Assembly: GCA_017415775.1 (NCBI GenBank) | Contig: JAFQFC010000063.1 | Location: 836 to 64,835 of the forward strand | Origin: Oscillospiraceae bacterium | Lineage (GTDB): Bacteria > Bacillota > Clostridia > Oscillospirales > Oscillospiraceae | DNA length: 64,000 bases | Reading direction: 5' to 3' | In this document: piece after piece, positions 49,849 through 59,697 of the stretch | Layout of the letters: the number at the start of each line of letters is the position of its first letter | Position numbering within the stretch: position 1 is the first letter of the stretch | The notes under the pieces: model-generated | The model's database searches: none | What the model saw: only the letters and a program-made list of their open reading frames with translations | Told to the model about the DNA's origin: nothing | Program-made: the position numbers and the translations under genes

Positions 49849-49949
49849 CCTCTTCCCAAGTCCCGGAGACAATATCCGTCTCCGGGACTTGCTTTCTGTG
49901 TGCGGCCCTTGTAAAATAGGAGAGAACCCGGCAGAAAGGAGCCGCAGCC

Positions 49950-51344
49950 ATGGATCTTCTGGAGCAGCTGCGCCTTGGCGCAGACCTGACAAAAAAGCAG
50001 CAGGCAAAACTGACCATGCAGTTGAGCTGGCCGGCCATCGTGGGCCAGCTTTCGGTCATCGTGATGCAGTACATCGACGCCGCCATGGTGGGCCGTCTGG
50101 GTTCCAACGAATCCGCCGCCATCGGTCTGGTGGCCTCCTCCACATGGCTGTTCATGGAGCTGCTGAAAGCGCTCAACGCCGGTTTCAGCATTCTGGTGGC
50201 ACAGCGCATCGGCGCCAGAGACAACGCCAAAGCCCGCAACATCATGCACCAGGGCTTTGCCGTAACACTGGCCTTCACCCTGCTGCTGATGGTCATCGGC
50301 ATCGCCAGTTCCAACAGTCTGCCCCGCTGGCTGGGCGCTGACGCCGTGATCTGGGCCGACGCCTCGGACTATTTCCTCGTTTTCATTCTGTCCCTGCCCT
50401 TTTTGCAGCTCTGCCGCTTGTCCACAGATATGCTGCGTGCCAGCGGCAATATGCGTGTTCCCGGCATCTGCACCGTGGTCATGTGCTTTCTGGATGTACT
50501 TTTCAACGCTCTGCTCATCTTCCCCTCCGGGACCATCACCCTCGGCAGCTTCGTACTGCCCGGTGCGGATCTGGGCGTGCTGGGTGCGGCACTGGGCACG
50601 GCCCTTTCCTATGTGGCCGCCGGCTCGTTCCTGCTGCTCTATCTGCTGCTGCGTTCCCCGGAGCTGAAGCTGCATCGTGGCGAAAAGCTGTCCTTCTCCC
50701 GGCAGGACCTGGGCCAATGCATGCACATCGCCGTGCCGCTGGCCGGTGAAATGATGGTGACGGCGGTGGCCCGTATCGCCACCACCCGCATCACCGCCCC
50801 CCTCGGCACGGTGGCCATCGCCGCCAATTCCTTCGGCATCACGGTGGAAGCCCTGTGTTACATGCCGGGTCACGGCATTCAGGCCGCTGCATCCACCCTC
50901 ATCGGTCAGAGCATCGGCGCCAAGCGCAAGGATCTCACCTATCCCCTCAGCCGTCTGGTAACAGTGCTCGGCATGGGCGTCATGACGCTCAGCGGCATTT
51001 TGATGTACATCTTCGCCCCCCAAATGATGGCGCTCCTGACCCCCGACCCGGCCGTCATCGCCCTGGGTACGGCAGTGCTGCGGATCGAGGCCTTCTCCGA
51101 GCCCTTCTACGCCGCTTCGCTGGTGGCCGGCGGCGTTTTCCAGGGTGCCGGCAGCACCCTCATGTCCACAGTACTCACCGCCGTGACCATGTGGGGCATC
51201 CGTGTTCCCGTCTCCCTCCTGCTGGCGCCCCGGTTCGGACTCCACGGCGTGTGGTTCGCCATGGCGGCGCAGCTGACGGTCTGCGGCATCTTCTTCCTGA
51301 TCCGCCTCAGCCGCAAACGCTGGCTGCCGCCGGACATGCGGTAA
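49950..51344 (+). CDS. MATE-family efflux transporter
   Basis: IDAAMVGRLG, 12-TM pattern, GQSIGA. Confidence 0.9.
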   Translation: MDLLEQLRLGADLTKKQQAKLTMQLSWPAIVGQLSVIVMQYIDAAMVGRLGSNESAAIGLVASSTWLFMELLKALNAGFSILVAQRIGARDNAKARNIMHQGFAVTLAFTLLLMVIGIASSNSLPRWLGADAVIWADASDYFLVFILSLPFLQLCRLSTDMLRASGNMRVPGICTVVMCFLDVLFNALLIFPSGTITLGSFVLPGADLGVLGAALGTALSYVAAGSFLLLYLLLRSPELKLHRGEKLSFSRQDLGQCMHIAVPLAGEMMVTAVARIATTRITAPLGTVAIAANSFGITVEALCYMPGHGIQAAASTLIGQSIGAKRKDLTYPLSRLVTVLGMGVMTLSGILMYIFAPQMMALLTPDPAVIALGTAVLRIEAFSEPFYAASLVAGGVFQGAGSTLMSTVLTAVTMWGIRVPVSLLLAPRFGLHGVWFAMAAQLTVCGIFFLIRLSRKRWLPPDMR

Positions 51345-51441
51345 ATGTAAATACAAACAAACCACCGGAGGAGCATCCGCTCCTCCGGTGGTTTGTTGTT
51401 CTTGGAGAGAGAAAGTATGGTAAGATGAAAATGAAGCTTGA

Positions 51442-51951
51442 TTACAGCACCAGACTGGGAGCGGTGTACACCCGGCCGGCGTACTCCTGGTCGAGGAGGT
51501 ACAGGCCACGGGGATCGCTGCCAAAGAGCTTATAGCGGCTGATCATGGAATCGGCGTTGTCCTCTTCCTCCCGCTGCTCATCCACGAACCAGTCCAGGAA
51601 CTTCATGGTGCGGTAGTCCCGGACCTGATAGGCCTCGTGGTAAATATCGTTGATAAGGGCGCTGACATAGCGCTCATGCTCGGCGGCAGCCACCAGGGGA
51701 TCGAGCACCGTCTCGTAAACCTTGTCGGGCTTGCCGATGGCGTCCAGCGTCACCTTCTGCCCATTGCTCTGCAGATACTGCATAAAGAGCAGGGCGTGGT
51801 CACGCTCTTCCTGCGCCTGAATGGTGTAGTAGTTGGCGTAGCCATCCAGATCCATGGCGTCGTAGAAAATGGCCATATCCAGATAGAGGTAGGCGCTGTA
51901 GAGTTCCTTGTTGATCTGCTCATTCAGCAGGCGGGCGACGGTTTCGTTCAT
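51442..51951 (-). CDS. Ferritin
   Basis: NEQINKELYSAYLY, EERDHA, WFVDEQREEE. Confidence 0.93.
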   Translation of the reverse strand: MNETVARLLNEQINKELYSAYLYLDMAIFYDAMDLDGYANYYTIQAQEERDHALLFMQYLQSNGQKVTLDAIGKPDKVYETVLDPLVAAAEHERYVSALINDIYHEAYQVRDYRTMKFLDWFVDEQREEEDNADSMISRYKLFGSDPRGLYLLDQEYAGRVYTAPSLVL

Positions 51952-51987
51952 GGGGATGGCTCCTTTCGTTTTAATTAAATAACAGCT

Positions 51988-52140
51988 TTACGCTTCCTCA
52001 AAAGCGTCCTTGTCCAGACCGCATACGGGGCAGACCCAATCAGCGGGGACATCCTCCCAGGCCGTGCCGGGAGCCACACCGTTGTCGGGATCACCGATAG
52101 CGGGATCGTACTCATAACCACAGGGACAGATATATTTCAT
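51988..52140 (-). CDS. Rubredoxin (50 aa, not in ORF track)
   Basis: [50 protein letters not shown]; AAGGAGG RBS. Confidence 0.92.
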   Translation of the reverse strand: MKYICPCGYEYDPAIGDPDNGVAPGTAWEDVPADWVCPVCGLDKDAFEEA

Positions 52141-52157
52141 TGATTTATCCTCCTTAA

Positions 52158-52227
52158 TGATAATTACTCTTGTTTATGGCTATACCTTACCACATATTTT
52201 ACCCGTTGTCAATAGGAATCATTCGCA
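52158..52227. promoter_or_regulatory. Fur/PerR-like 7-1-7 boxes upstream of rubredoxin-ferritin
   Basis: TGATAAT-t-ACTCTTG (52158-52172); TAGGAAT-c-ATTCGCA (52213-52227). Confidence 0.5.
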
Positions 52228-52324
52228 TTAATGAAAATTTTTTTGGAAAATTTCCCGGCGCCTTGCCAAGGCAGGACCGACGCATTATAATGTCGAAAAG
52301 AAAATACCCTCACAGGAGGCGTCT

Positions 52325-52966
52325 ATGAAACCGAATCTGAAAGATATGCGTCTGTTCATCTGGGACTTTGACGGCACGCTGATGGACACCTATCCCGTCA
52401 CCTTTGTCTCCTACCTGCAGCGAGCCCTGCAGGATCTGGGCCACCCCACATCCTACGAGGATATTATGCAGCAGATGATGGTTACCGTTCCCCATGCCAT
52501 CCGCTATTATGCACAGTACTATGACCTGCCTCAGCTGCGGGAACGATACATCTTCTACCGGGATCAAGGTCCCGTGGCACCGCCGGCGGTCTATCCGCAG
52601 CTGAAGGAGGTGCTGGCTCGGATCCGGGAACTGGGCGGCGTGAGCTGCATCTACACCCACCGCGGCGCCACCATTTTCCCTTTTCTGGAGCAGGGCGGCC
52701 TGCGGCAGGCGTTTCTGGAAGTTGTCACGCCGGATGATGCGCCCTTTGCGGAAAAACCGGCACCGGACACGGTGCTGTACCTGATGGAGAAGTACGGCGG
52801 CACACCAGAGACCACGGTGATGATCGGCGACCGGGAGTGCGACCTGGGTTCGGGCCGCAACGCCGGGTGCCGCACACTGCACCTGCTGACCCCCGCCGTC
52901 CCGGAGTACCCGGCATGCGACTGGCGGATCGAAAACTACAGACAAATGCTGGACATACTGAAATAA
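52325..52966 (+). CDS. HAD-family phosphatase
   Basis: WDFDGTLMDT, KPAP, IGDRECD; promoter TTGCCA-17bp-TATAAT at 52263-52291. Confidence 0.9.
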   Translation: MKPNLKDMRLFIWDFDGTLMDTYPVTFVSYLQRALQDLGHPTSYEDIMQQMMVTVPHAIRYYAQYYDLPQLRERYIFYRDQGPVAPPAVYPQLKEVLARIRELGGVSCIYTHRGATIFPFLEQGGLRQAFLEVVTPDDAPFAEKPAPDTVLYLMEKYGGTPETTVMIGDRECDLGSGRNAGCRTLHLLTPAVPEYPACDWRIENYRQMLDILK

Positions 52967-53012
52967 AAGGAGAGGCGGGGACAAGTCCCCGCCTCTTTTG
53001 GCGTTTTTTCAA

Positions 53013-53606
53013 TTAGCCGAAGTAGCGCTTCAGCAGGCCTTCCAGACCACGGCCGTGGCGGGCCTCGTCACGAGCCATCTCATGGACGGTGTCGTGGATG
53101 GCGTCCAGGCCGTTCTTCTTGGCGCAGGCGGCCAGATCGAACTTGCCGGAGGTGGCGCCGTACTCGCAGTCCACACGCCAGGCCAGGTTCTCCTTGGTGG
53201 AAGCCTTCATGTTGGGCTCCAGGTCCTCGCCCAGCAGCTCTGCAAACTTGGCAGCATGCTCAGCCTCTTCATAGGCGGCCTTCTCCCAGTACAGACCGAT
53301 CTCGGGATAGCCCTCGCGGTGAGCGATGCGGGCCATGCACAGATACATACCGACCTCAGAGCACTCGCCCTGGAAGTTGGCCATCAGCTGCTCGAAGATG
53401 TACTTCTTGTCTTCCTCGGAGATGTCGGGGTTGTTCTTCACGGTCTTGGCATAGACGCCGTACTCATGCTCGGCGGCCAGCTTCATCTCGCCCTTCTGCT
53501 CCACGAACTTGGAAGCAGGGACCTTGCACACGGGGCAGCGGAAATCGGGATCCAGAGCCTCGGCAGTGTGGACGTAACCGCAAACGGAACAAACGAACTT
53601 CTTCAT
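53013..53606 (-). CDS. Reverse rubrerythrin (NADH peroxidase)
   Basis: N-terminal CSVCG/CPVC, EEAEH and DEARH diiron motifs. Confidence 0.92.
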   Translation of the reverse strand: MKKFVCSVCGYVHTAEALDPDFRCPVCKVPASKFVEQKGEMKLAAEHEYGVYAKTVKNNPDISEEDKKYIFEQLMANFQGECSEVGMYLCMARIAHREGYPEIGLYWEKAAYEEAEHAAKFAELLGEDLEPNMKASTKENLAWRVDCEYGATSGKFDLAACAKKNGLDAIHDTVHEMARDEARHGRGLEGLLKRYFG

Positions 53607-53693
53607 AATTTTTTCCTCCAAATTTTTTATCATTTTTATTTTGTTTTCCCCGTCCGGTGCCATCGGTCCGGGGTAAGATTACTTGGTTCTGCC

Positions 53694-54065
53694 TTACAGG
53701 CAGTCATTGCAGCAGCCGTAGAAGGTCACGCTGCAGGAATCGGTCCTTCCCACACCGGAGGTATCCGGCATCTGCACTTCGCTGAAGGGAAGGTCGGCCA
53801 CCTTGCCGCAGCTGCGGCAGATAAAGTGGCTGTGGGGTGAGGTGTCGCCGTCGTAGCGCTCTTCGCCGTCCACGTTGCCGATGACCTGAATGGTGCCGTC
53901 CTTGCGGAACTGACCCAGATTGCGGTACACCGTGGCAAGGGACAGATCAGGGATCGAAGGCTTGAGCTGTGCGTACACCCATTCCGCCGCGGGGTGATTG
54001 TGTGTGGAGCGCAGACACTCCAAAATCGCTTCCCGCTTGGGGCTGTATCTTCTTGTCTTTTCCAT
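53694..54065 (-). CDS. Fur-family regulator, PerR-like
   Basis: HPAAE, SLATVYRNL, RYD...HSHFICRSCGKVAD, CNDC. Confidence 0.88.
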   Translation of the reverse strand: MEKTRRYSPKREAILECLRSTHNHPAAEWVYAQLKPSIPDLSLATVYRNLGQFRKDGTIQVIGNVDGEERYDGDTSPHSHFICRSCGKVADLPFSEVQMPDTSGVGRTDSCSVTFYGCCNDCL

Positions 54066-54084
54066 ACACCACCTCGTTTCTTAG

Positions 54085-54099
54085 TGATAACAATTATCG
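54085..54099. promoter_or_regulatory. Fur/PerR box (autoregulation)
   Basis: TGATAAC-a-ATTATCG just upstream of the regulator RBS. Confidence 0.65.
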
Positions 54100-54230
54100 T
54101 TTGCATTTGTATAGTAGCATAGGGACGGCCGTTTGTAAAGAGTTTTTTTGAAATTTTTCAAAAATTTTTGAGCAGACAAAAAAAGACTCCGAACGCATGG
54201 TTCGGAGTCTTTTTATTACATAAGGTGAGA

Positions 54231-56294
54231 TTACTCAGCCTCGGCCAGAGCCTTGGCCTCAGCGATGGCCTTCTCCTGAGCCGCACCGGGGCAATCCTCG
54301 TAGCGGATGAAGTCGAAGGTGAAGCTGCCGCGGGACTGGGTCATGGAGCGCAGATCGATGGCATAGCTCATCATCTCGGCCATGGGGACCTCAGCGGTCA
54401 GCACCTGCTCGCCGTCGCCGATGGGATCCATACCCATAACACGGCCGCGGCGCTTGTTCAGGTCGCCCATGACATCGCCCAGATAGCTGTCGGGGATGGT
54501 GACCTTCAGCTCGCCGATGGGTTCCATCAGAACGGGCTTAGCCTCGGGCAGAGCGGCCTTGAAGGCCAGGCCGGCGGCCAGCTTGAAGGCGATTTCAGAG
54601 GAGTCAACGGGGTGGTAAGAACCGTCCACCAGGGTGGCCTTCAGGAACACCACGGGATAGCCGGCCAGCACGCCGTGCAGGCAGCTCTCACGCAGACCCT
54701 TTTCAACGGCGGGGAAGAAGTTCTTGGGCACGGAGCCGCCGAAGACGTTCTCTTCGAAGATCATCTCTTCCTGCTCAGCCTGAGGCTCAAAGATGATATG
54801 AACGTCACCGAACTGGCCGCTGCCGCCGGTCTGCTTCTTATAACGACCCTGCTTGCGCACGGTGCTGCGGATCTTCTCACGGTAAGCAACACGGGGGGCG
54901 GACAGCTCGCTGTCCACGCCGAAGCGGCTCTTCAGCTTGGCGCACAGGATGTCGATCTGGATGTCGCCGGCGCCGGAGATGACGGTCTGGTGGGTCTCGG
55001 CGTTGTTGACGACGGTAAAGGTGGGATCTTCCTCGTTCAGCTTGTGCAGGCCGCTGCCCAGCTTCTCGATCTCCTGCTTGACCTTGGGGGAGATGGCACG
55101 GCTGTAGCAGGGCTTGGCATAGCTCATGCCGGCCAGCTTCACGATGTGCTTGGCGTCGCACAGGGTATCGCCGGTCTTGACCTTATCCATCTTGCCGATG
55201 GCAGCGATGTCGCCGCAGCAGATCTCCTTGGTCTCCTCGGTCTTCTTGCCCTTCATGATATACAGGCGGCCCAGCTTCTCGGTGTTGCCGGTGGTGGGGT
55301 TGTACAGAGCCATATCGCTGGTGATGCGGCCACGGACGACCTTGACCATGGAGTACTTGCCGTACTGGTCGGAAATGGTCTTGAAGACGATAGCGGCGGT
55401 GGTGCCGGCGGGATCGTAAGCGACCTCGATGGCGTTGCCGTCGTCATCCTGAGCAGTCTCAGCGGGCATATCGGTGGCCACGGGAACCAGATCCAGGATG
55501 GTCTGCATCAGCATATCCACACCCAGGCCGGTGACGGCGCTGCCGCACAGCACGGGGCAAACGCTGCCGTCACGCACACCGATCTTCAGGCCCTTGGCCA
55601 TCTCGGCATCGGTCAGCTCCATGGTGTCGAAGAACTTCTCCATCAGTTCCTCATCGGCGCCGGCGGCAGCTTCCATCAGCTCGGCACGCAGGGCCTCGAC
55701 CTCATCGGCCATATCGCCGGGGATGGCGCATTCCACAGCCTTGCCGCCCTTGACCTCATAGGCCTTGTTGTGCAGCAGGTCCACGATGGCGGTGACCTTC
55801 TTGTTGCCGTCCAGCACGGGAACGACGATGGGAGCGATGGACTGGCCGAACTTGGCCTTGATAGCCTCCAGGCAGGAGGCGTAGTCGCTGTTGTCTTCAT
55901 CGGTGCGGTTGACGAAGATCATGCGGGGCTTCTTGCCCAGCAGCTTCCAGGTGCGCTCCATGCCCACGGACATACCGTCCTTGGCGGCGCCCACCACCAC
56001 GGCACACTCAGCAGCGCGGATGGCGGACAGAGCCTCACCGGCGAAGTCGAAGTTACCGGGGGCGTCCATCACGTTGATCTTCACGCCCTTGTAGTTCACG
56101 GGAGCAAAGGCCAGAGAAATAGAGATCTGGCGCTTGATTTCCTCAGCATCATAGTCGCAGGTGGTGTTGCCATCCACAGTCTTGCCCAGACGATCGGTAC
56201 CCTTGGTCATAAAGAGCATCTGCTCGACCAGAGAGGTCTTGCCGGAGCCGCCATGGCCCAGCAGGCAGATATTACGGATTTCGTTGGCAGTCAT
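54231..56294 (-). CDS. Elongation factor G paralog (EF-G II type)
   Basis: GHGGSGKT, RQISI, DAPG, KKQTGGSGQFG, DGSYHPVDSSE; not in an str operon. Confidence 0.9.
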   Translation of the reverse strand: MTANEIRNICLLGHGGSGKTSLVEQMLFMTKGTDRLGKTVDGNTTCDYDAEEIKRQISISLAFAPVNYKGVKINVMDAPGNFDFAGEALSAIRAAECAVVVGAAKDGMSVGMERTWKLLGKKPRMIFVNRTDEDNSDYASCLEAIKAKFGQSIAPIVVPVLDGNKKVTAIVDLLHNKAYEVKGGKAVECAIPGDMADEVEALRAELMEAAAGADEELMEKFFDTMELTDAEMAKGLKIGVRDGSVCPVLCGSAVTGLGVDMLMQTILDLVPVATDMPAETAQDDDGNAIEVAYDPAGTTAAIVFKTISDQYGKYSMVKVVRGRITSDMALYNPTTGNTEKLGRLYIMKGKKTEETKEICCGDIAAIGKMDKVKTGDTLCDAKHIVKLAGMSYAKPCYSRAISPKVKQEIEKLGSGLHKLNEEDPTFTVVNNAETHQTVISGAGDIQIDILCAKLKSRFGVDSELSAPRVAYREKIRSTVRKQGRYKKQTGGSGQFGDVHIIFEPQAEQEEMIFEENVFGGSVPKNFFPAVEKGLRESCLHGVLAGYPVVFLKATLVDGSYHPVDSSEIAFKLAAGLAFKAALPEAKPVLMEPIGELKVTIPDSYLGDVMGDLNKRRGRVMGMDPIGDGEQVLTAEVPMAEMMSYAIDLRSMTQSRGSFTFDFIRYEDCPGAAQEKAIAEAKALAEAE

Positions 56295-56478
56295 AAACAG
56301 TTTCTCCCTTCGTTTTGTGAAGCACGCCCGCAGACGCGCAAATTGCTCAACAATCGGATTATATATTATTTTTTCTTACCTGACAACCATATTTTTCGGA
56401 AATTTTCATTTAAATTTGCAGAATGCCGATTTTCATGCAAAAAAGAGGACGCCGAAGCGCCCTCTTTTGCATCTTTTT

Positions 56479-58701
56479 TCAATATCTGCGCGTCAGATCT
56501 CCCAGCAGCACCGTCGGCAGCAGCCACAGCAGGGCAAACACCAGCACATAACCGGCACCCAGCGCACTGTAAGCCGCCACAGAAGTGAGATAATAGCTCA
56601 GCAGCAGGCCGCACAGGCTGCCCAGCCAGCACAGCACCGTACTCCACAGCACCATGCGGCAGCAGCGGCGGCTGCCCACCACCGTCTCGGCAAAGGGCAT
56701 GAGGCCCTCGCGATAGATGACAGCATTGGCCTCCGGCACCGTTTCCCCGGACTGCTCCGACAGGCTCAGCCGGGTGGACACATCGGGATAGATGGGCTTG
56801 GTGTCCACACGGAACATGTTCTTGATGAGGCCCGGCGTCACATTACTGTCACGCACCGCCAGTACCGGCACGATGCGGCTGCGGCGCAGCGCACGCAGCG
56901 CCCAGTCCACGTTGCCGGTGGCCTTATACTTGAGGATGAACACAGCGGCCAGCTCACCGTCCACGGCCAGAAAGACGCCGGTTTTCATCTTGGCGTTGCT
57001 GTCACGCAGCAGCGGGATCCGGGATTTTTTCATGAAATAGGCGCTGCCCATTTTCACGTTCTCACCGTGGATCGTCACGCTGACACCGCCGTCTTCATAG
57101 TAGCGAAGGTCCGTACATTCGCAGTAAGCACCGCCCTGATGGGTCAGCATTTGGTCGAAAATAGGATGGAGAGGGCTGGCGGATGCCCGGGCCACCGTGG
57201 CGGCGTAGGGGATCACCTTGCTGATCTCCTCCTTATTGAGCTTCAGATCTTCATAGACCACAGCGTTGAGGGGGAACACGTCGCCGTCGGTGACCACCAT
57301 GCGGCGCACACCACCCAGCGCCCGGGCGCCGGCATAACCGGCCACGGCGCAGCCGCTGCGATTCAGACGGCGGCTCAGACAGCTGACTGCCAGCGTGCCG
57401 CACAGGGGCAGACCCAGAGGCAGACTGGCCGTCAGCAGTGCAGACCAGACATGCAGGAAGTCTTCTGCCCGGTCACCACCGATACACACGACACCGGCCA
57501 GCACCGTACAGCCCGACAGCAGCAGCGGCAGCAGGATCGTCTGGCTGGCGGCGGCAGGGTCGCTGCGGCGGCTTCTGTTGTAGAAACCCTCCCGGCGTCC
57601 CTTCTGTTTGCAGGCGCCCGCCTTGGTCACCGCCACACCGTAGGGCGGGCAGCCGCCCAGGTCCAGCAGGCGATAGCTGTCCCAACGGCTGCGGCTTTCC
57701 AGAAATCCGCCCAGCAGGCACAGCCACACCAAGAGCGCCGCCGGGGCTGCCAAAGGCAAATACTCCATCCGGCCGGTAACTGCGCCCTGAATGCACTCAC
57801 CCAGCACCGCCAGCACCGCCACAGCGGCAGCAGCTTCTGCAGGGACACGGCGGGCTTTCAGATTCTCCACGGCACGACGCCACACGTCCGGCGCTGCCAG
57901 ACAGGTCAGCAGCAGCAACCCGCCTGCCACGCCGCAGCGCAGCAGTGCCAGCTCCCGCCACAGGGCCGGCAGAATCGTGGGCCACCACGTATCGATCACC
58001 GTGACGGCCAGCAGCGCTGCCAGCGGCAGTGCCGAGATCACCAGCTGGCGTTTCCGCCGCTTGCAGAGGCGGCGCTCTTCACGCAGCGCATCCCTGATCT
58101 CCGGCTCCGGCGGTTCGGCACGGCGGCCCGGTTCCTCAGGTCTGGCCGAGGCGGCACGGCGGCGCAGACTGCCCAGCTTTTCCCCAATATTGGCCAGCAC
58201 GTAGCCGATCTGCTCGCCCAGCGGGAACCGCTCCTCCAGCACCTCGTCGTCTTCCTCTTCCATCACGGAATCCACCGTGTGGGCCATCACGTCCTCCAGA
58301 GACAGGCGCATCTCTTCCTCCGGCGTGGGTTCCACCCAGGCAGAGGGGCTTTTCACCCGGCGGACGGGACGAGGCTCTTCCTGCGGAGCAGGTGCCGCCT
58401 CTTCCGTCGTTGCTTCTTCCTCCGGCGCTGCTTCTGCCGCTTCTTCGCTGCGGCTGAAGATCTTGGGGAACTGCAGCACCTTAGCCCGGCGGGATCCGGC
58501 ACCACCGTGGGAGATCGGGCCGGTTTGCCCTGTCGGTTCCTGGGCAGTTTCCTCCTCCGGCGCAGGCTCCGCCGCATCCTGCCCGAATTCGGTCAGGATG
58601 GAATTGATGGAGTACTCTTCACCGGTGGGCAGTTCCAGATCACCCACCAGGCGCTTGCTCTCCGTCAGCGTATCGAGAATGTCGTCGCGCCGATCGCTCA
58701 T
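56479..58701 (-). CDS. Membrane protein with degenerate P1B-type ATPase scaffold
   Basis: Acidic N-terminus, about 8 hydrophobic segments, N/P-domain-like stretches; no DKTGT, TGE, CPC or GDGxND. Confidence 0.7.
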   Translation of the reverse strand: MSDRRDDILDTLTESKRLVGDLELPTGEEYSINSILTEFGQDAAEPAPEEETAQEPTGQTGPISHGGAGSRRAKVLQFPKIFSRSEEAAEAAPEEEATTEEAAPAPQEEPRPVRRVKSPSAWVEPTPEEEMRLSLEDVMAHTVDSVMEEEDDEVLEERFPLGEQIGYVLANIGEKLGSLRRRAASARPEEPGRRAEPPEPEIRDALREERRLCKRRKRQLVISALPLAALLAVTVIDTWWPTILPALWRELALLRCGVAGGLLLLTCLAAPDVWRRAVENLKARRVPAEAAAAVAVLAVLGECIQGAVTGRMEYLPLAAPAALLVWLCLLGGFLESRSRWDSYRLLDLGGCPPYGVAVTKAGACKQKGRREGFYNRSRRSDPAAASQTILLPLLLSGCTVLAGVVCIGGDRAEDFLHVWSALLTASLPLGLPLCGTLAVSCLSRRLNRSGCAVAGYAGARALGGVRRMVVTDGDVFPLNAVVYEDLKLNKEEISKVIPYAATVARASASPLHPIFDQMLTHQGGAYCECTDLRYYEDGGVSVTIHGENVKMGSAYFMKKSRIPLLRDSNAKMKTGVFLAVDGELAAVFILKYKATGNVDWALRALRRSRIVPVLAVRDSNVTPGLIKNMFRVDTKPIYPDVSTRLSLSEQSGETVPEANAVIYREGLMPFAETVVGSRRCCRMVLWSTVLCWLGSLCGLLLSYYLTSVAAYSALGAGYVLVFALLWLLPTVLLGDLTRRY

Positions 58702-58713
58702 AGTTTACCTCGC

Positions 58714-59487
58714 TTATCCGCGCTGACGGACTGCCTCATACAGCAAAATGGCAGCCGCAGCCGATGCATTCAGGGAAGAGATTTTGCCCTTCATGGGAAT
58801 ACTGACTAAGAAATCGCAGTTTTCGCTGACCAGACGGCTCATGCCGCTGCCCTCGCTGCCGATCACGATGGCGGCGGGACCCTTCAGGTCGGCGTTATAC
58901 AGCGTGGTGTTGCCGTCGGCAGCGGTGCCGAAGACCCAGACGCCCTGCTTCTTCAGGTCCTTCAGCAGGCTGGGGATATTGGCCACACGGGCCACGGGCA
59001 TATAGCTGACGGCACCGGCCGAGGTCTTGGCCACGATGGCCGTCAGACCTGCGCTGCGGCGCTTGGGGATGATGACGCCGTGGGCGCCGGCGCACTCGGC
59101 GGTACGCAGGATGGCGCCCAGATTATGGGGATCGGAGATCTCGTCGCAGACCACCAGCAGGGGCGCTTCTCCCTTGGCTGCGGCAGCCTCCAGCAGAGAC
59201 TCCACCGACACATACTCACGCATGGCAGCCAGTGCGATGACGCCCTGATGGGCGTGGGTGCGGCTCATATTGTCCAGCTTGCGCCGGTCGGCCTCCACCA
59301 CCACGATGCCGGCGGCACGGGCCTTGGAGGCGATATGGCCCAGGGTCTTGTCCGTCTCGCCCTTGGCCAGGTAGATCTTGTCGATGGCGGTGCCGCTGCG
59401 CAGCGCCTCGATCACCGCATTGCGGCCCTCGATAATACCGTCGGCCTCGGCCTCAGGCAGCGTCTTTTTGGTTTCGTTTTCTCTCAT
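58714..59487 (-). CDS. rlmB: 23S rRNA G2251 2'-O-methyltransferase
   Basis: EGRNAVIEAL, HQGV, DPHNLGAILR, GSEG, SLNAS. Confidence 0.93.
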   Translation of the reverse strand: MRENETKKTLPEAEADGIIEGRNAVIEALRSGTAIDKIYLAKGETDKTLGHIASKARAAGIVVVEADRRKLDNMSRTHAHQGVIALAAMREYVSVESLLEAAAAKGEAPLLVVCDEISDPHNLGAILRTAECAGAHGVIIPKRRSAGLTAIVAKTSAGAVSYMPVARVANIPSLLKDLKKQGVWVFGTAADGNTTLYNADLKGPAAIVIGSEGSGMSRLVSENCDFLVSIPMKGKISSLNASAAAAILLYEAVRQRG

Positions 59488-59697
59488 AGTGTATTCCTCA
59501 TCTCTTCTGCAGGATGTCATAGTTCAGGATTTTATCAGTATAGCACATTTCGCCCTCAAGATAAAGCTCCATTCATAGAAATTTTACAGGAAAAGAGGAG
59601 GTCTTCGACTTGTGGCTTCCCTGTTTTTATGATATACTGCCACAGAACCACGAGTTTTTCTGCCCTTTCTGGCAGTTTGATACGGAAGGAGACATCT

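Noticed and set aside
52291-52297. Spo0A box TGTCGAA at the HAD gene promoter
   Set aside because: A single heptamer overlapping the -10; could be chance, with no supporting context.
59080-59697. N-terminal extension of FtsH in the ORF track
   Set aside because: Overlaps rlmB antisense; promoter and AAGGAG RBS support the start at 59698.
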